Assembly: GCA_037379345.1 (NCBI GenBank)
Contig: CM074524.1
Coordinates: 11,524,885-11,588,884, forward strand
Length of the DNA stretch: 64,000 nt
Source: Perna viridis
Taxonomy: Eukaryota
Direction of reading: 5' to 3'
Below, piece by piece: positions 34,269 through 46,735 of the stretch. The notes beneath the pieces were generated by a model. The model searched no databases, was not told where the DNA came from, and saw only the letters and a list, made by a program, of their open reading frames with translations. Position 1 is the stretch's first letter. Each line of letters opens with the position of its first letter. Both the position numbers and the translations under genes were made by a program.

Positions 34269-37200
34269 AAGTAGGAATTTTTGACACATTTCCATAGTGG
34301 TTACTATCTTTTTGCTTTGAATCGGTTTTTTACGAAATTGTATAAGAATTGAAATCATATACTGTGAAAGTACTTTTATTCATTGAAACCAATTTTCCTG
34401 ACTAAAGGGAAAATGATCATTCCGTCGATTTTTTAATTCGTGAAATAACAATTCTATCATACAAACGAACAGGAAATTGCCTTTTCGTTTTGAACTTAAT
34501 TTTGTGATTTACAATACCAACGAAAACCACGTAAATTGGTACCCCACATGCAATTATACTTTCATGAAAAAAATATTTTCTGAATGACTTTGTTCATTTT
34601 ATCCTTGGACCTCTCATAAATGACGACAATTTTAAATTATATGATCATAATAATGTAAAGATCATTATGACTTATGTATGAAACAATCATTGTTATCAAA
34701 GGGCGAATTTAATTGACCGAAATAATTCATTCTGATAATACTGTTATTTACACACACTAGTCAACTGATGTAATCAAAATTGTCTATAATAATAGCATTT
34801 AAAACCACTTCAATTAGAAATTAAATATAAAGAAATCCACACAAAGTTTATGTAACTGCAACTTTTTTGGTATCATTTGAAAGATGAGACATTGGGGTAC
34901 ATGATTATCCTAATTATAATAAGAAAAACTTGATTTCCCAGGAATACCAAGTCTTGCTATCAAATTAATCACAAAAATCTTGGTTTTATGACCCAGTAAG
35001 GTAAAAATACAAGGTTGTACTAAACAAGAATACAAGAATATTCTTTGGCGACAAATAGATTCGGTAATTGGAGTAAAAAAGGTACCGAAAGATCATCATG
35101 AAATTGATGAGTGGGGATGCAAGATTGGACTTCCCAGGTTTATAACCGTGTAAATTTCATTTCTATTTCATTATAGTAGAATGACGCCACATTTCTACTA
35201 ATAAATTGATTCGTAATATTCTTGTGCAATAGGCAGTTTTTACAGATTATTTTACTCAAATGAAATAAGCCCTTAACTGAAATCAAAGTGTCAATTATTA
35301 CTCTTAGTAACGGTATGGAATCAAGATAAAGATGGTTTAGTATAAAACTTAAAACACATATACCCAAGTCTAGTACTTGATAGCAACGGGTGTCCTTGTC
35401 ATCCAATGCATTAGGTAATTAAGTACCAGTCCACATAAAATTCAGACACTGCCAATGGTAAAATGATTCATGGTTAAGAAAAGCCCACCAAACAAACGAT
35501 GTTTTTCCAGTCTTTATATGCAATATTTTCATATAACGATAATTATTTCTACAATTTTTAGAAAATTATTCATTTATCTCCCACTGAAATCAACCGAATG
35601 AAACCAAATCAAGAACGATAACTCTTGCAAAGTGCAAATTTCATGTACAGTCTATATAATTGTTTAACTCAAAGCGCAACATCCAAATGAAAAACTAAAA
35701 CCGAACAGGAGATCGGTTACTGTTAAGAAATAAAACTGAATTCGGTGGGGTTTTTTTTACATGCATGAATCACCTTCTGTCTGATTTTTATGAAGACTTA
35801 TTCTTAAATACAAGTAATGGGACCCAATAAAAGAAAATGTTTTGTTTTAAAAGGCAAGAAAATCTTCAGAAAATAATATATAATATAAAAAATATATTGT
35901 GGACCTTTGTAATGACACAACACATGTTGCAGTGCATGCATGTGCCACAATCTATATATACACTATAAGTATCCAAATACAACAAAAAGCTGCAAATACG
36001 TGTCAAAAAATTTAAACATTCAAGAACGATAACTCTTTAAACATTTTCCCAGTCCACTGATGCTTTTTACGATGAAAATCTAAGTTGAGCAGCAATAAAT
36101 ATTTTTTTTAAATCATAAGTCATAACGCGTTACCCACAGATATGGTCAAAGTACTTTTTTGTTTGTTACCATAGTAATATGTTTTATTATTTATATTCTT
36201 CCTTCTTGAAAATATTGCTATGATGAAAATATCAAAGTTTATTCGTTGTGTAATAATCGTAAGGTTTTCTTCAAACAAAGTGGCAAATCGATGGATGAAA
36301 ACACGATATAAACGTAGCTACTTAATTTATAAAAAAAAATAGAGTATACACATATTTGGTTCGTTGTGCCTGTAATAATGCATAAATGGAAAACAAGAAA
36401 TAGCAATTCTTGTAAAAAGATATGTCAAACACACTCCGAAAGTATTCTCGTAGGAACACGAAGGATTAAAAGAAACACATTAACCATTAAATGAGATTTA
36501 TAGGTAAGATTGATAGCTCTATTACAGATGTACTACTAGACAATTCAGGCAAGCTGACTACCACTGCTGACTGTGGGGTACGACACGACAAAATATGGGG
36601 ATCGTCTCATGATACGTAAATCAATTTGACTTTGACATGAAGTATGGAAATTTGCAATGAGATTATAAAGGATTAATTAGTTCTTCTAGTTCCTAGCAAT
36701 TGTGTGAAGGGCTTCGCAATTCTTAGTGAAGGATTTTACCTACTGAGATGCACTTGTGAAAAGAAGAAGGTTTTCAAAGAACTATTTCGCACCGTAGGTA
36801 CCAGTAGGTCCAATAGCTCTTCTCTATGTTAGATAAAAAAGAAGTACATATATAGCTTCCAATCTTGCCTAAATTTTGTTTCGTTATATTTTGCATTGAT
36901 GCATTGATTACTTTGTCAGTCGTTTGTTCTTAGCCATCACGGCATGTTCCGTCAACACAAGTAGACGGTGACATTATAGCTATCCGACGGTGCGAGATCC
37001 AAAAGTGTCTTTTTTGAAACCCCAATTTTGTAAGATTTCGTCCACAATATATATTTGAAGTCATTATTATCCCCAACTCCAAGGCACCTCCAGTTCAGTA
37101 CCGTTGACGTTCCTCCACTAATTCTGGAATGGCAAACGTAGTGCAGGCATGGAAGAGACCAATGCTCCGGAGTTTGTTATTATCCCTGAATACAATTTGC

Positions 37201-37589
37201 AAAAGGCAGAAAAAATCCGGATAAAAATATTACGAGATATTTGATTCCTATAAAACGTGCAGTTTTAAGATAACTCATCACAATCCTAACTGTCCTAACT
37301 GTCTTGTTTATTTAGTCCATGTACTCCACGAACACGCAAAAGTAGTGTTGTATGAACATGCATTTTTTTTTATTAAAAAAGTTATTCTGACATCTTTGTT
37401 GTCACAGTAATGCTCCTTCTGTGATATATTCTGCTTACAACTAGTGTAGAGGTTCCATGGACTAGACGACGACAAATAAAAAGCCTGTCCATTCTTTGTA
37501 AGTGCAACGATGACGTTTAGTTGTATGAGAAACTTTGAATTTGTGAAGTATTTTCATTTAATGCCATGAAAATTAAAAAAAAAAACACT

Positions 37590-37888
37590 AATGGCTACAT
37601 CTACGGTAATGAAACCAATCCAGTTTATTGAATTGTAATGGGCCCAAACAATGACCTCAGGTATCCCTGAGGTATCGGTATTGACTCAATACAATTGAGT
37701 ACAATTTATATCACTGGAAATTCGTGTAGCAATATTCATCAAATAACACTTGACGGGAAATCGCATCATTCTTGCTAAAATTGTAGGTGTTACCAGTCCT
37801 TGGACAGTAAAGTTTAAACCAGACAATAATAGGCTTGTTGCCACGTGTAGTAAAAGCCAGAAAAGCTTCAACTTGTGAAATAGTATGA
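37590..37888 (+). pseudogene. TRIM 3'-end copy 3 (degenerate)
   Basis: aatggctacatctacggt...gaggtatcggtattgact...ccttggacagtaaagtttaaa...tgtgaaatagtatga aligns to 33528-33842 with indels. Confidence 0.85.
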
Positions 37889-39133
37889 GAATCAAAATTA
37901 AAAATAGTTCACATAATTTCTGCATGACTATATATATGTTATTGTTGAACATCTCGTAAGTGACGATATATTTTATGTTCTAAGAGATTATAGATGTTAT
38001 TATAAAAAAAAACAACACAACAACAAACGCAACCGTCAATTGAAATTCCTTATTCTCTTAAAAAATCCGTTTATCTTATTCAAATTCAGTCCTAACTACA
38101 AATCAGTTTGGGAACTAAGTTAAATACATGTTCACTTCGCTTACCATAGCATTCTTCTACTCTATGCACACATCGCAAGGAAACTGACTTTGTACGAAAT
38201 ATAGCATCGGAAGCTTCGAACAACATTTAACATATGAAACTCAGACAATTTACAGCAGCAACAGATGTGACACGTGTTGGAGAATAGCAGCTTAAATCTG
38301 TATTTGATTATGTTCTACTACAGAAAAAGTGCAGGAAAACTTCCCGCCAGAATTTCTACACTATAATCAGTCAAATAAATTTTTCACGATAAGTAGCAGA
38401 ACATGAACATAGGAAGAGCTGTTTTAGGACCTAACAAATGTATTTATATACTTGCAATGGTTTTCTGAAGATATGATGAATCACCACCTGCCTAGTAGTT
38501 AGGCAGAACCATACTTAATTGCACATAAAAATTTCTTTAAAAAGTGTGTTTTAAATTGTCTTCAACCTTTTTAAATAATATAAACAATGATGACCCAAAA
38601 CAAATCATATAAGTCAAATGTGTCTACACTAATTTACAACACTAAGCTGAATATGCGATAAGTGTTGGCCTGATACATGTCAAAACATTTCTTAGGCTTT
38701 TCCTATACGTGCCGGAGCTATTTTTTCTCAATTAGACTTTGTCGATGGTGCTTTGTTTATATTTCGCTGATGTTACCAAAAACATAAACATGCGAGACCA
38801 TACGTTAAACTACTGGGCTAAAAGGTCAAATAATCTTCCTAAGTGTATACGTCATTTCAGAAATTAATCACTTCAGACGGAACAATTTTTAGATATAATG
38901 CCTGCATATTTTATCAGGTTCAGAAACATTTAAAACAGATGCTAAAAGAGAAAATCGGAAACTTACTACCGATAAGAATATTTGAACAGCTCTCAAAGAA
39001 AACATGAACTTTTAGGTTGAAATGTGTACATAAATAAATAAAAAGAGGGAAAAATGTAATGTATATTTTCTAAATGACCGAGAAATGACTAGGTAATTTT
39101 GACTTCATAGCTCTCTCTCTTTCTCTTTCCTCC

Positions 39134-39136
<3 letters not shown>

Positions 39137-39186
<50 letters not shown>
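39137..39186. repeat. (TG)25 microsatellite
   Basis: Directly visible. Confidence 0.97.
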
Positions 39187-39187
<1 letters not shown>

Positions 39188-39430
39188 AAACAATTAGCTT
39201 AGATCTCTGCTGGATGTCAGTATTGACTATCGTGGTAATATTTGTATTGATGGATGGTACTCTATAAATATTCATCATATTACGCATGACGGGAAATTGA
39301 TACGCATTATTCCTGTTGAAACTTTAGGTGTTACACTACCGTGGAGAATCGGGTTTAAACCAGACAGAAATGGGTTTGCTGTCATATGTCTGCATACTGG
39401 AAAGGCTTCAATTTGTGAAATAGTCTTAAA
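39187..39430 (+). pseudogene. TRIM 3'-end copy 4
   Basis: attgactatcgtggtaatattt...LIRIIPVETLGVTLPWRIGFKPDRNGFAVICLHTGKASICEIV. Begins directly after a (TG)n tract; the stop codon is lost. Confidence 0.88.
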
Positions 39431-39807
39431 GACGAAATTCTTGTTACAAAATTTCTGTAGTGATGACAATCTGTTTGTTTGAAATCTGTGTGTTCCTGGT
39501 GTCGACAAATTTGAAATATGTAATTTTTAATAAGGATTAAAAAATGTACTCATTCACGATATGAAAAGGGTATATGTAGCAAGTAATTTTAGTGTAATTA
39601 GTTCAATTCATATAATAAATAAAATATAAATCTAACAAAACATTAGTTCAATTAATCTGTTAGAGAAAATACAAATCTAACAAAACTGCTGGGCTTGTTT
39701 TATGACTTCAATATTAAATTGACATTGCTGTGGCGTTGGCATATACTTTAAAGGTCCCCCTAACCAACTTATTATAATAAAACGCCTTGAAAACAGCAAC
39801 ACAGTTT

Positions 39808-40010
39808 AAGAGTAATCAAGGGAACCAAGGTTATAGCGGTAATCAAAAGAATGTAATCCAGGGACAAAGACCAGACATGGAAAAAAGACATACACAACAA
39901 AGAACATAAAGTAACTAAAATCATACATACAAAGTAACAAAAGTAAATGAGCAACTCGAACTCCACTAAAAACTGGGAGCTTGGACCAGGTGCATCGGTA
40001 GGGTAAGCGT
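39808..40010 (-). mobile_element. Penelope-like 3' repeat copy, between TRIM copies 4 and 5
   Basis: aagagtaatcaagggaaccaagg...ggaccaggtgcatcggtagggtaagcgt. Confidence 0.9.
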
Positions 40011-40036
40011 AATCAAAATGACAAGAGCAAAGTATC

Positions 40037-40341
40037 AATGACTTATTTTTTTTATGTTGGAAACAATTCGTTTTCTGTTCTGTCTGTGAACTAAGAAATT
40101 TTCATACACGAACAATGAATTCAGCTATCCCTTAAGAGATGGCCTTGACTATCGTGGTAATATTTATATTGCTGGATGTAGCCTTAAAACATTCATCAAA
40201 TTACGCATGATTCAAAACTAGTGCGCATCATTCCTGTCGCGACTGTACACGTTACAAAACTATGGACAATTATGTTTAAACCAAACAATAATTCTTACAA
40301 GTCTTAATACTGGAAAGGATTCAACTTATGAAATAGTATAA
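40037..40341 (+). pseudogene. TRIM 3'-end copy 5 (degenerate; small re-duplicated piece at ~40713-40750)
   Basis: aagaaattttcatacacgaacaatgaa...ttgactatcgtggtaatatttatattgctgga...tggacaatt...gaaatagtataa. Confidence 0.85.
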
Positions 40342-41039
40342 AACTGAAAAAAATGATTATAAAACATGTAGTGTAGATGACTATTTGTTTATCATGAATG
40401 GACTTTTCATAAATGAATACATATTTTATATTCTATGAGATAATAGATGTAATGAACATAATTAGTTAATGATATTTGACAAATGATTCGTGCAACTATT
40501 ATTTTCATCAAATGACAAATAAAATTGACCACATTGTTTAATCCAATTGAAAGGCATCTTTATTTATACATTGTAAAGTCAACTGATGCCTAAAAATTAT
40601 TATTGTATAGACAAAATGTAGCTGAGCTCCATATAAATGTATTTTTTGGGGGGATGTCGAATGAGAATATAACCAAAACATGGATAGTCGTGTCAAGAAG
40701 ACATTTCAATTTAACTAGTGCGCATCATTAGTGTCGCAGCTGTAGGTTTTATGATATTTAACAACTAAGTCATGCGACAATTATTTTTATCAGTGGGCAC
40801 ATACAATTGGCCGAATTATAATATAATAAGAGCTTTAGTTATACATTGTACAGTTAACTGATAAATCAAAATTGCCTTTGGCAATAACATGAGACTGCAG
40901 CTTTAATTAGTATCAAACACCAAGAAAAAAACGCACAGTTAATAGAAACCATGATGAGCCTCAACGGATGAAGGTAACAAAAAAGTTACGATTCATAATC
41001 AAGTCAATTCCAAAACAAATCTAGCAAAATATATATTAC

Positions 41040-41485
41040 ACTACCGGAGCAGCTGGTATCGCAATGGCCTTACCTGGTACAGACTTTTAAAACGAAAGGT
41101 GGGTTAAATATAGGTTTTACGGCGTGCTAAAGCTTCTTCTTCTATTGCAGGGTGAAGATACCGATGGTGATTAAATAGCATTTGCGTGCTATTGCGCCAT
41201 AAACGGTCAATCAGCGGTCACATTAGTACAAAGAACAAGTTACAAAAATACCATTATTACTCATATCTTAGACGAAACAGAATATTTTTTCAAGCAAGGA
41301 CTGATATCTAAAAAGAATTTGGTAAGAGACTTTGAGACGTGTTCCCTTATACCCGTGATTCAGGAGTCTGTTAAGTAGATATTTATGGCATTCAAGGTAA
41401 TCAGAGTAGTCAATACTTGCTGTAACATAGAGATACAAAAGTAAAATATAAACACCATATGCAGGAGATTATGGTATATTGCTTC
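41040..41485 (-). mobile_element. Decayed Penelope-like element tail, second family
   Basis: Minus strand SNIP*SPAYGVYI...DYSDYLECHKYLLNRLLNHGYKGTRLK, the same domain as at 52016-52270 but divergent. Confidence 0.65.
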
Positions 41486-42349
41486 AAAGGTAAGGAAAAT
41501 TTATAATATTAAAATTAAAGTCGACTCTTTAATCATGAATCAATGTTGATAATATTTAGTGGAGTGGAAAAGGGGGCGCAACTGACCAGCCCATATATAT
41601 TTAACCCTCATATTCAGGAACTGTTTGCTGTATTATACTTTTTAAAAGTAATTTACTCTAGATTATTCGCGTGGAAGAATAGATATAAACATACACATCT
41701 TTTTAAATCATGATGTCACGTTCCTAATTGAAAGTGAGGTCGTCCACGTAATTTTTGGAATAATTGAAATACGACACACACACACAAACTACGAAGATGC
41801 AGCCTAAAACGAAACACCTTTTCCGTCTCTGCCGCTTTTCTTATTGATAATTTAAGTTGAGAAATTAAATATTTTTTAACATGGGGTCTTCTCCGTATCT
41901 ATTATAAAAGACGGCAAAGAAGTACTTTGTTGTTAGTAACCATAGAAATAGTTCTCACTATATGTGTCCTCCCTTCTTGAAAATATAAGAATGATGGTAA
42001 GTCAAAGTTCTTTTGTTTTGGGTTCATGTAATTGTATTCTTATTTTTTTTTCAACCAAAGTAGGAATTTGATGGTTGAAGCCCCGTTATTTTACCTAGGA
42101 GATAAATGTATTATTCAAATATAAAAGCATGATATACATTTTCATTGTATTTTTATTAACTTGTATTACCGCATAAATAATAGACTTGAACAAATAAGCA
42201 AATATTGTAAGAATGTGTGTCAATTAAATGAAAAAGCAAGAAGAATAAGACGAAGGTACATTCGTAGAAACAGGAAAGATTATATCATAAGGAAGACCTA
42301 GCAACGAAATAGAAAGTACAGTTTCATATCAGAAAATGAGACACACCTA

Positions 42350-43760
42350 CAAAGTAACAAAACAATCAAGCATGACAACTCCGCGAGAACAAGAGGAGGC
42401 GGAAGACATTTTCAAGAAACTTTCACACAAAGATAATAATGCGCTTAAACGTGTTCAGTTTTCGGAAGCACATATTTCTGGAAAAAAGTAAATAAAGATC
42501 TATCTTCAATGCAAGACATCCAGAGATCCATGTGAACATTTTAAAAAAAAACATTTTGACAATCTAAATGCGAACGTTTTAAGACAGCAGATGGTTTCAA
42601 CTCCGTATTAGGATTTATATTATTAATTATGCTAAGCGGCAGATCTGATGGTGCAATGGATCAGAACCCTAGGACACTTTTACCACTTGTAACAACTGGG
42701 AAAAAAGAGTTACAGTGCAGTCCCGAAAAGGAACAGAGTGCATAGACTTCGTAGGTTTTTTTTTTTGAAACTTGATAGTCTTTAGATATAAAAAGTTTAT
42801 TGAAAATTCTCAGAAACTATATGATACGCAATAAAATTGTGCAACTCATCAAGTTGTTCTACAACAGTATAAAACGTACCATTAGGCTGATCCTAAACAC
42901 TAAACTTTAGTTATTATCTCTGGCAAGACTAGAATATGAATCAGGTGCTTTATAAAATTGCAATCGGGAATGGAAATTCGGACCAACCGAACATGAAATA
43001 ACACTGGAATTGAATTAATATTATGATGAGGTCATTGATTACTCTGACGATATAGTGCTTTCACACTTTAAAGAACATATGCAAGAAAAAAACATTAAAG
43101 ACCAATGTTTAGAAGATAAGTTAATGTTCCTACACAACGACAAAAAACTGGCCTTACTTGAAGATTGAAGACACACAAAAACGAATATTTGGTTAACTAC
43201 TTAAAATATGTTCTTACAACACAAAGTAGAGTTGTCATTTAGGTCTGAATTTCTAAGAACAGCGCAGCATTTAAATAAGGCAATATCTTGAAAATGAGAT
43301 ATCTTGAGAAATCTAAGCCGAAAATCTACATTTGCTTGTGTACTTTTTGTGCTCCAATATGGCTCTGAGTGCTTGCAAACGACAGAAAAAGACATCACTT
43401 ACATGCTGTCATTCAGAACAACTGCCTTAAAAAGATAATGAAAAATATTAAAGTCTGATAAAACAATCTCTACCGTAGATCTGAACTGATAAAAACAGAC
43501 ACCAAGGACATACCGACTTTATTGATGCAAAACATATGGAAGTAGTTTGGTCATGTTCTTTGCAGAACAGAAATGAATAAGGTGGATGTACGAAGGAAAA
43601 ATAAAGAAAGAATAAAAGACTAAAGACACTATAAGCCACGAACGGTTGACACGCTATGAAAGAAAAATAGGAACGTAACCAAAGTGTTCTTTTTATAAAG
43701 ATAGTCTGAAGCATGAATGACACAAAATCTTGCTATCAGAAGTGACGTATTTCGAATATC
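42350..43760 (+). mobile_element. Highly decayed RTE-clade LINE remnant
   Basis: Residual motifs KILRNY...KIVQLIKLFY (~42803-42862), IDYSDDIVLSH..EHMQEK (~43035-43090) and YGSEC..TEKD...N.CLKKI (~43355-43440). Boundaries are approximate. Confidence 0.72.
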
Positions 43761-44607
43761 GAGTATCCAGTTAGGAAGTGATTTTTCAACTTGCAATACA
43801 GACACCCAATGCACGTTCTAGGAAGTCCCACAGATTCCTTATAGTAGGTGCACATCGGTGCCAAATTAACAAATCAAATTCTGTATGGATACAATTACCT
43901 GTATTCGTCGTAGTCAAATCCTAAAATCCTATTAAATAGATTATGCATAAATATACAATTTTTTTTTCTGAAAACCTTTAATGTACGTCTTTATCAAGAG
44001 GTTGATAGACATCAATCATAGCCCAAAATGACAACACCAATGCCTGCAATCGATTATATAGATATTTTTTAATGTAAAAAGAATGGAGAAAATAAAAACA
44101 ATTTTTTTCGGTGAAATTCTTCCAATTTCTGTCAACCACGGGCCATGAAAAGTTTCTTGGTCAAAATGGTGGAATAACTGGAACTTTGTTTCGATGGTCA
44201 AAAAACGCATAATGGCGTTGAAGTAAGACTATATTGAGTCGCAGGTTGTCTTATTGCATCTTCTTCGCAATATTCTTAAAGCCGAGCAATGCGATAATAT
44301 GTTTACGGTCCTTGAAGTTGGTTGAAACGTCAAATACGTCTCGTGCATATAAGGTTTACCGAACAATATTTATAAATACACACCACTTATCGTATAGCGG
44401 GTAATTGTCGCGTGGTTAATTGTTGGCATTTTCAGCTGTCTATCTGAAAACGCCAAAATGGATTCCGCAAAATATTTACGCTGGTCTTAAGTACTTATTG
44501 CTTCACTTAATCAAAATAAGAATCGCCACATTTTTCGTATACCTTTTTGCCTGATCTGTACAATTGGAGCTACATGTACAAATATAAAACAATATTACAG
44601 GTTGAAA

Positions 44608-44876
44608 AAAAAACCATGCGAGTGACTCAGCATTAAGCTACTGGAGATAACGGTCTCTTTCTATTCCCTCATATTTGTTTTTTTTTTTATATTATCATTG
44701 GACAGTAGTGTAACCGTAGTATAAATATAGCATTTTGCTCTTTTCGTAATAGCACTACACAGTGATCGTTGTCGCGAGGTGATCACTCGCATTATGCAAG
44801 TAAAAAACCCATGTGAGTGACTTAGCATTAGACTTCTGGGAATAACGGTCTTCTTTCTATACCCTCATATTTGTTT
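44608..44876. repeat. ~80-bp direct repeat pair
   Basis: ccatg(c/t)gagtgact(c/t)agcatta...taacggtct...ccctcatatttgttt at about 44614-44680 and 44809-44876. Confidence 0.8.
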
Positions 44877-46398
44877 ATAATATCAGTAGAAATTTACCAA
44901 CTGTTACTCTTCTTCTGTAAAAAATATAATGTCATCATAATAAAATATATTGTACTGCTGTAATAACGTCAAGCACAGGATAATCTTCAGTGCACCTTTT
45001 AAAATTGTGTATTAGTATTTATAGTTTGTTGGACAACATGACGTAGAGGGAGTAGAAATATTGTTTATAAATTTCCCTTTCTCACAATTTTAATATAACT
45101 TAACTGACACTTCATTCTTGCATTTTGAAGTAAATCGGTGACAGATTATTTTTACATTCCAATCTTTGAGACTTTCAAACTAGCATATAATGAACCAATT
45201 TACTTCAGCAAAGATTATCAAATTAAAGGTACTGTTATATCATAAAAAACATTTATCTTTTATATTTATGGTCATACTCAATAATCGACAAAATGGCAAC
45301 AGATCTGAAAGTTACTGGTGCACCTGGTTAATGCTCCAAGGTCTCAGTGGAGTTCGAGTTGCTCATTTACTTTTTAAAAAAATTATATTGTATATTTATT
45401 TATTTATTTATTTTGTGTTTATTTTAAATTTGTTTTTGTTTGTGTTATTTCCGCTTGAATCGTGGTTATTACTCTTTGTATATACAGAGAGTTGGAACAT
45501 TTTTTTTTAAATGTGAAACAAATGCTATAAAATGTGGTATTATAAACACTATTTTTTCATAAACAGCTTAAAGAAAACAAATATTTTATATGCATGAAAC
45601 ATATCACATTTTGCCTACCAAATAAATAATCCTCCTCCATGAATAACAAATGGTCTCAGCCTCATATGAGAAAAATAATGCTATAAAAATGTGGTATTAT
45701 AATTCTTATTATTTTTTTGAAACACATTAAAGAAAATATAAATAGTTTATATGCATTAAACATATCAAATTTGGCTTACACTTTTTCCATCGGCAAATAT
45801 AAATTTCTAAGAAACTCCCGTGCATTAATTATATGCAAAAGAAAGTAGACCAAACCATTTCTGGCTTAGCATCATAATCCTCCTTCTAGAATATCAAGTG
45901 GTCTGAGCCTCGTATAGTTTGATTTGAATATCGGTTTGTCTAATACGTATACAATAATATCATTTGATACTCAAATATATTTTCTGTAATTTTCTAAATA
46001 ATTAAACTTCAGAGTTGATAAACATACCTCATTCAGAATTTCTACGAGAAGATTACAACGGTCCCTAATCTTAATAATTTTTTGGATAATATTTGATAAT
46101 TAAATTGTTATGTAATTGTATTCTGTATCATTGATAAACAAAACCACTAATAACTTTGTTTTAAATAAACTATGATAAAACAAAGTTGCACAACAATATT
46201 AAATGTTCCAGTATTTAAACTTTGTGATTAAACGTCAACATTACGATACAGTACAAAATGTCTACCCTGATTTGATAAAATTAACCATTTTGTGAAAGAA
46301 ACTATTTGGATCAAATTTTGTCTTTCGAAAAAAAAGTTGGCAATGGTAACATTTAGACAACTTTTCTATATATATAACAAAGATATATAACAAATTAT

Positions 46399-46623
46399 AA
46401 AGGAACCAAGGTAATAGCAGTAATCAAAATAATGTAATCCAGGGACGAAGACCAGACAAGGTAAAAAGACATACACAATAAAGAACATAAAGTAACTAAA
46501 ATCATACATACAAAGTAACAAAAGTAAACGAGCAACTCGGACTCCACTAAAAACTGAGAGCACGGACAGGGTGAACCGGTAGGATAAGCGTCCTCTGCTT
46601 TTCTAGAAACAACCGCCGAGTGC
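46399..46623 (-). mobile_element. Penelope-like 3' repeat copy just upstream of the TRIM pseudogene
   Basis: aaggaaccaagg...taagcgtcctctgcttttctagaaacaaccgccgagt. Confidence 0.9.
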
Positions 46624-46735
46624 AACTTCACCTGTATTTAAACCACCTAACTCATCGTCAATATAACAATTATTCGAATGATTGATTGTTCTATTTTAAT
46701 CAACAAGGAAGATAAATGTTGATAATATTACATTT

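Noticed and set aside
33528-40341. Diversity-generating retroelement (template/variable repeat) for the TRIM C-terminus
   Set aside because: Differences among copies involve all four bases and indels rather than adenine-specific changes. The nearby RT sequences are dead LINE or Penelope-like remnants.
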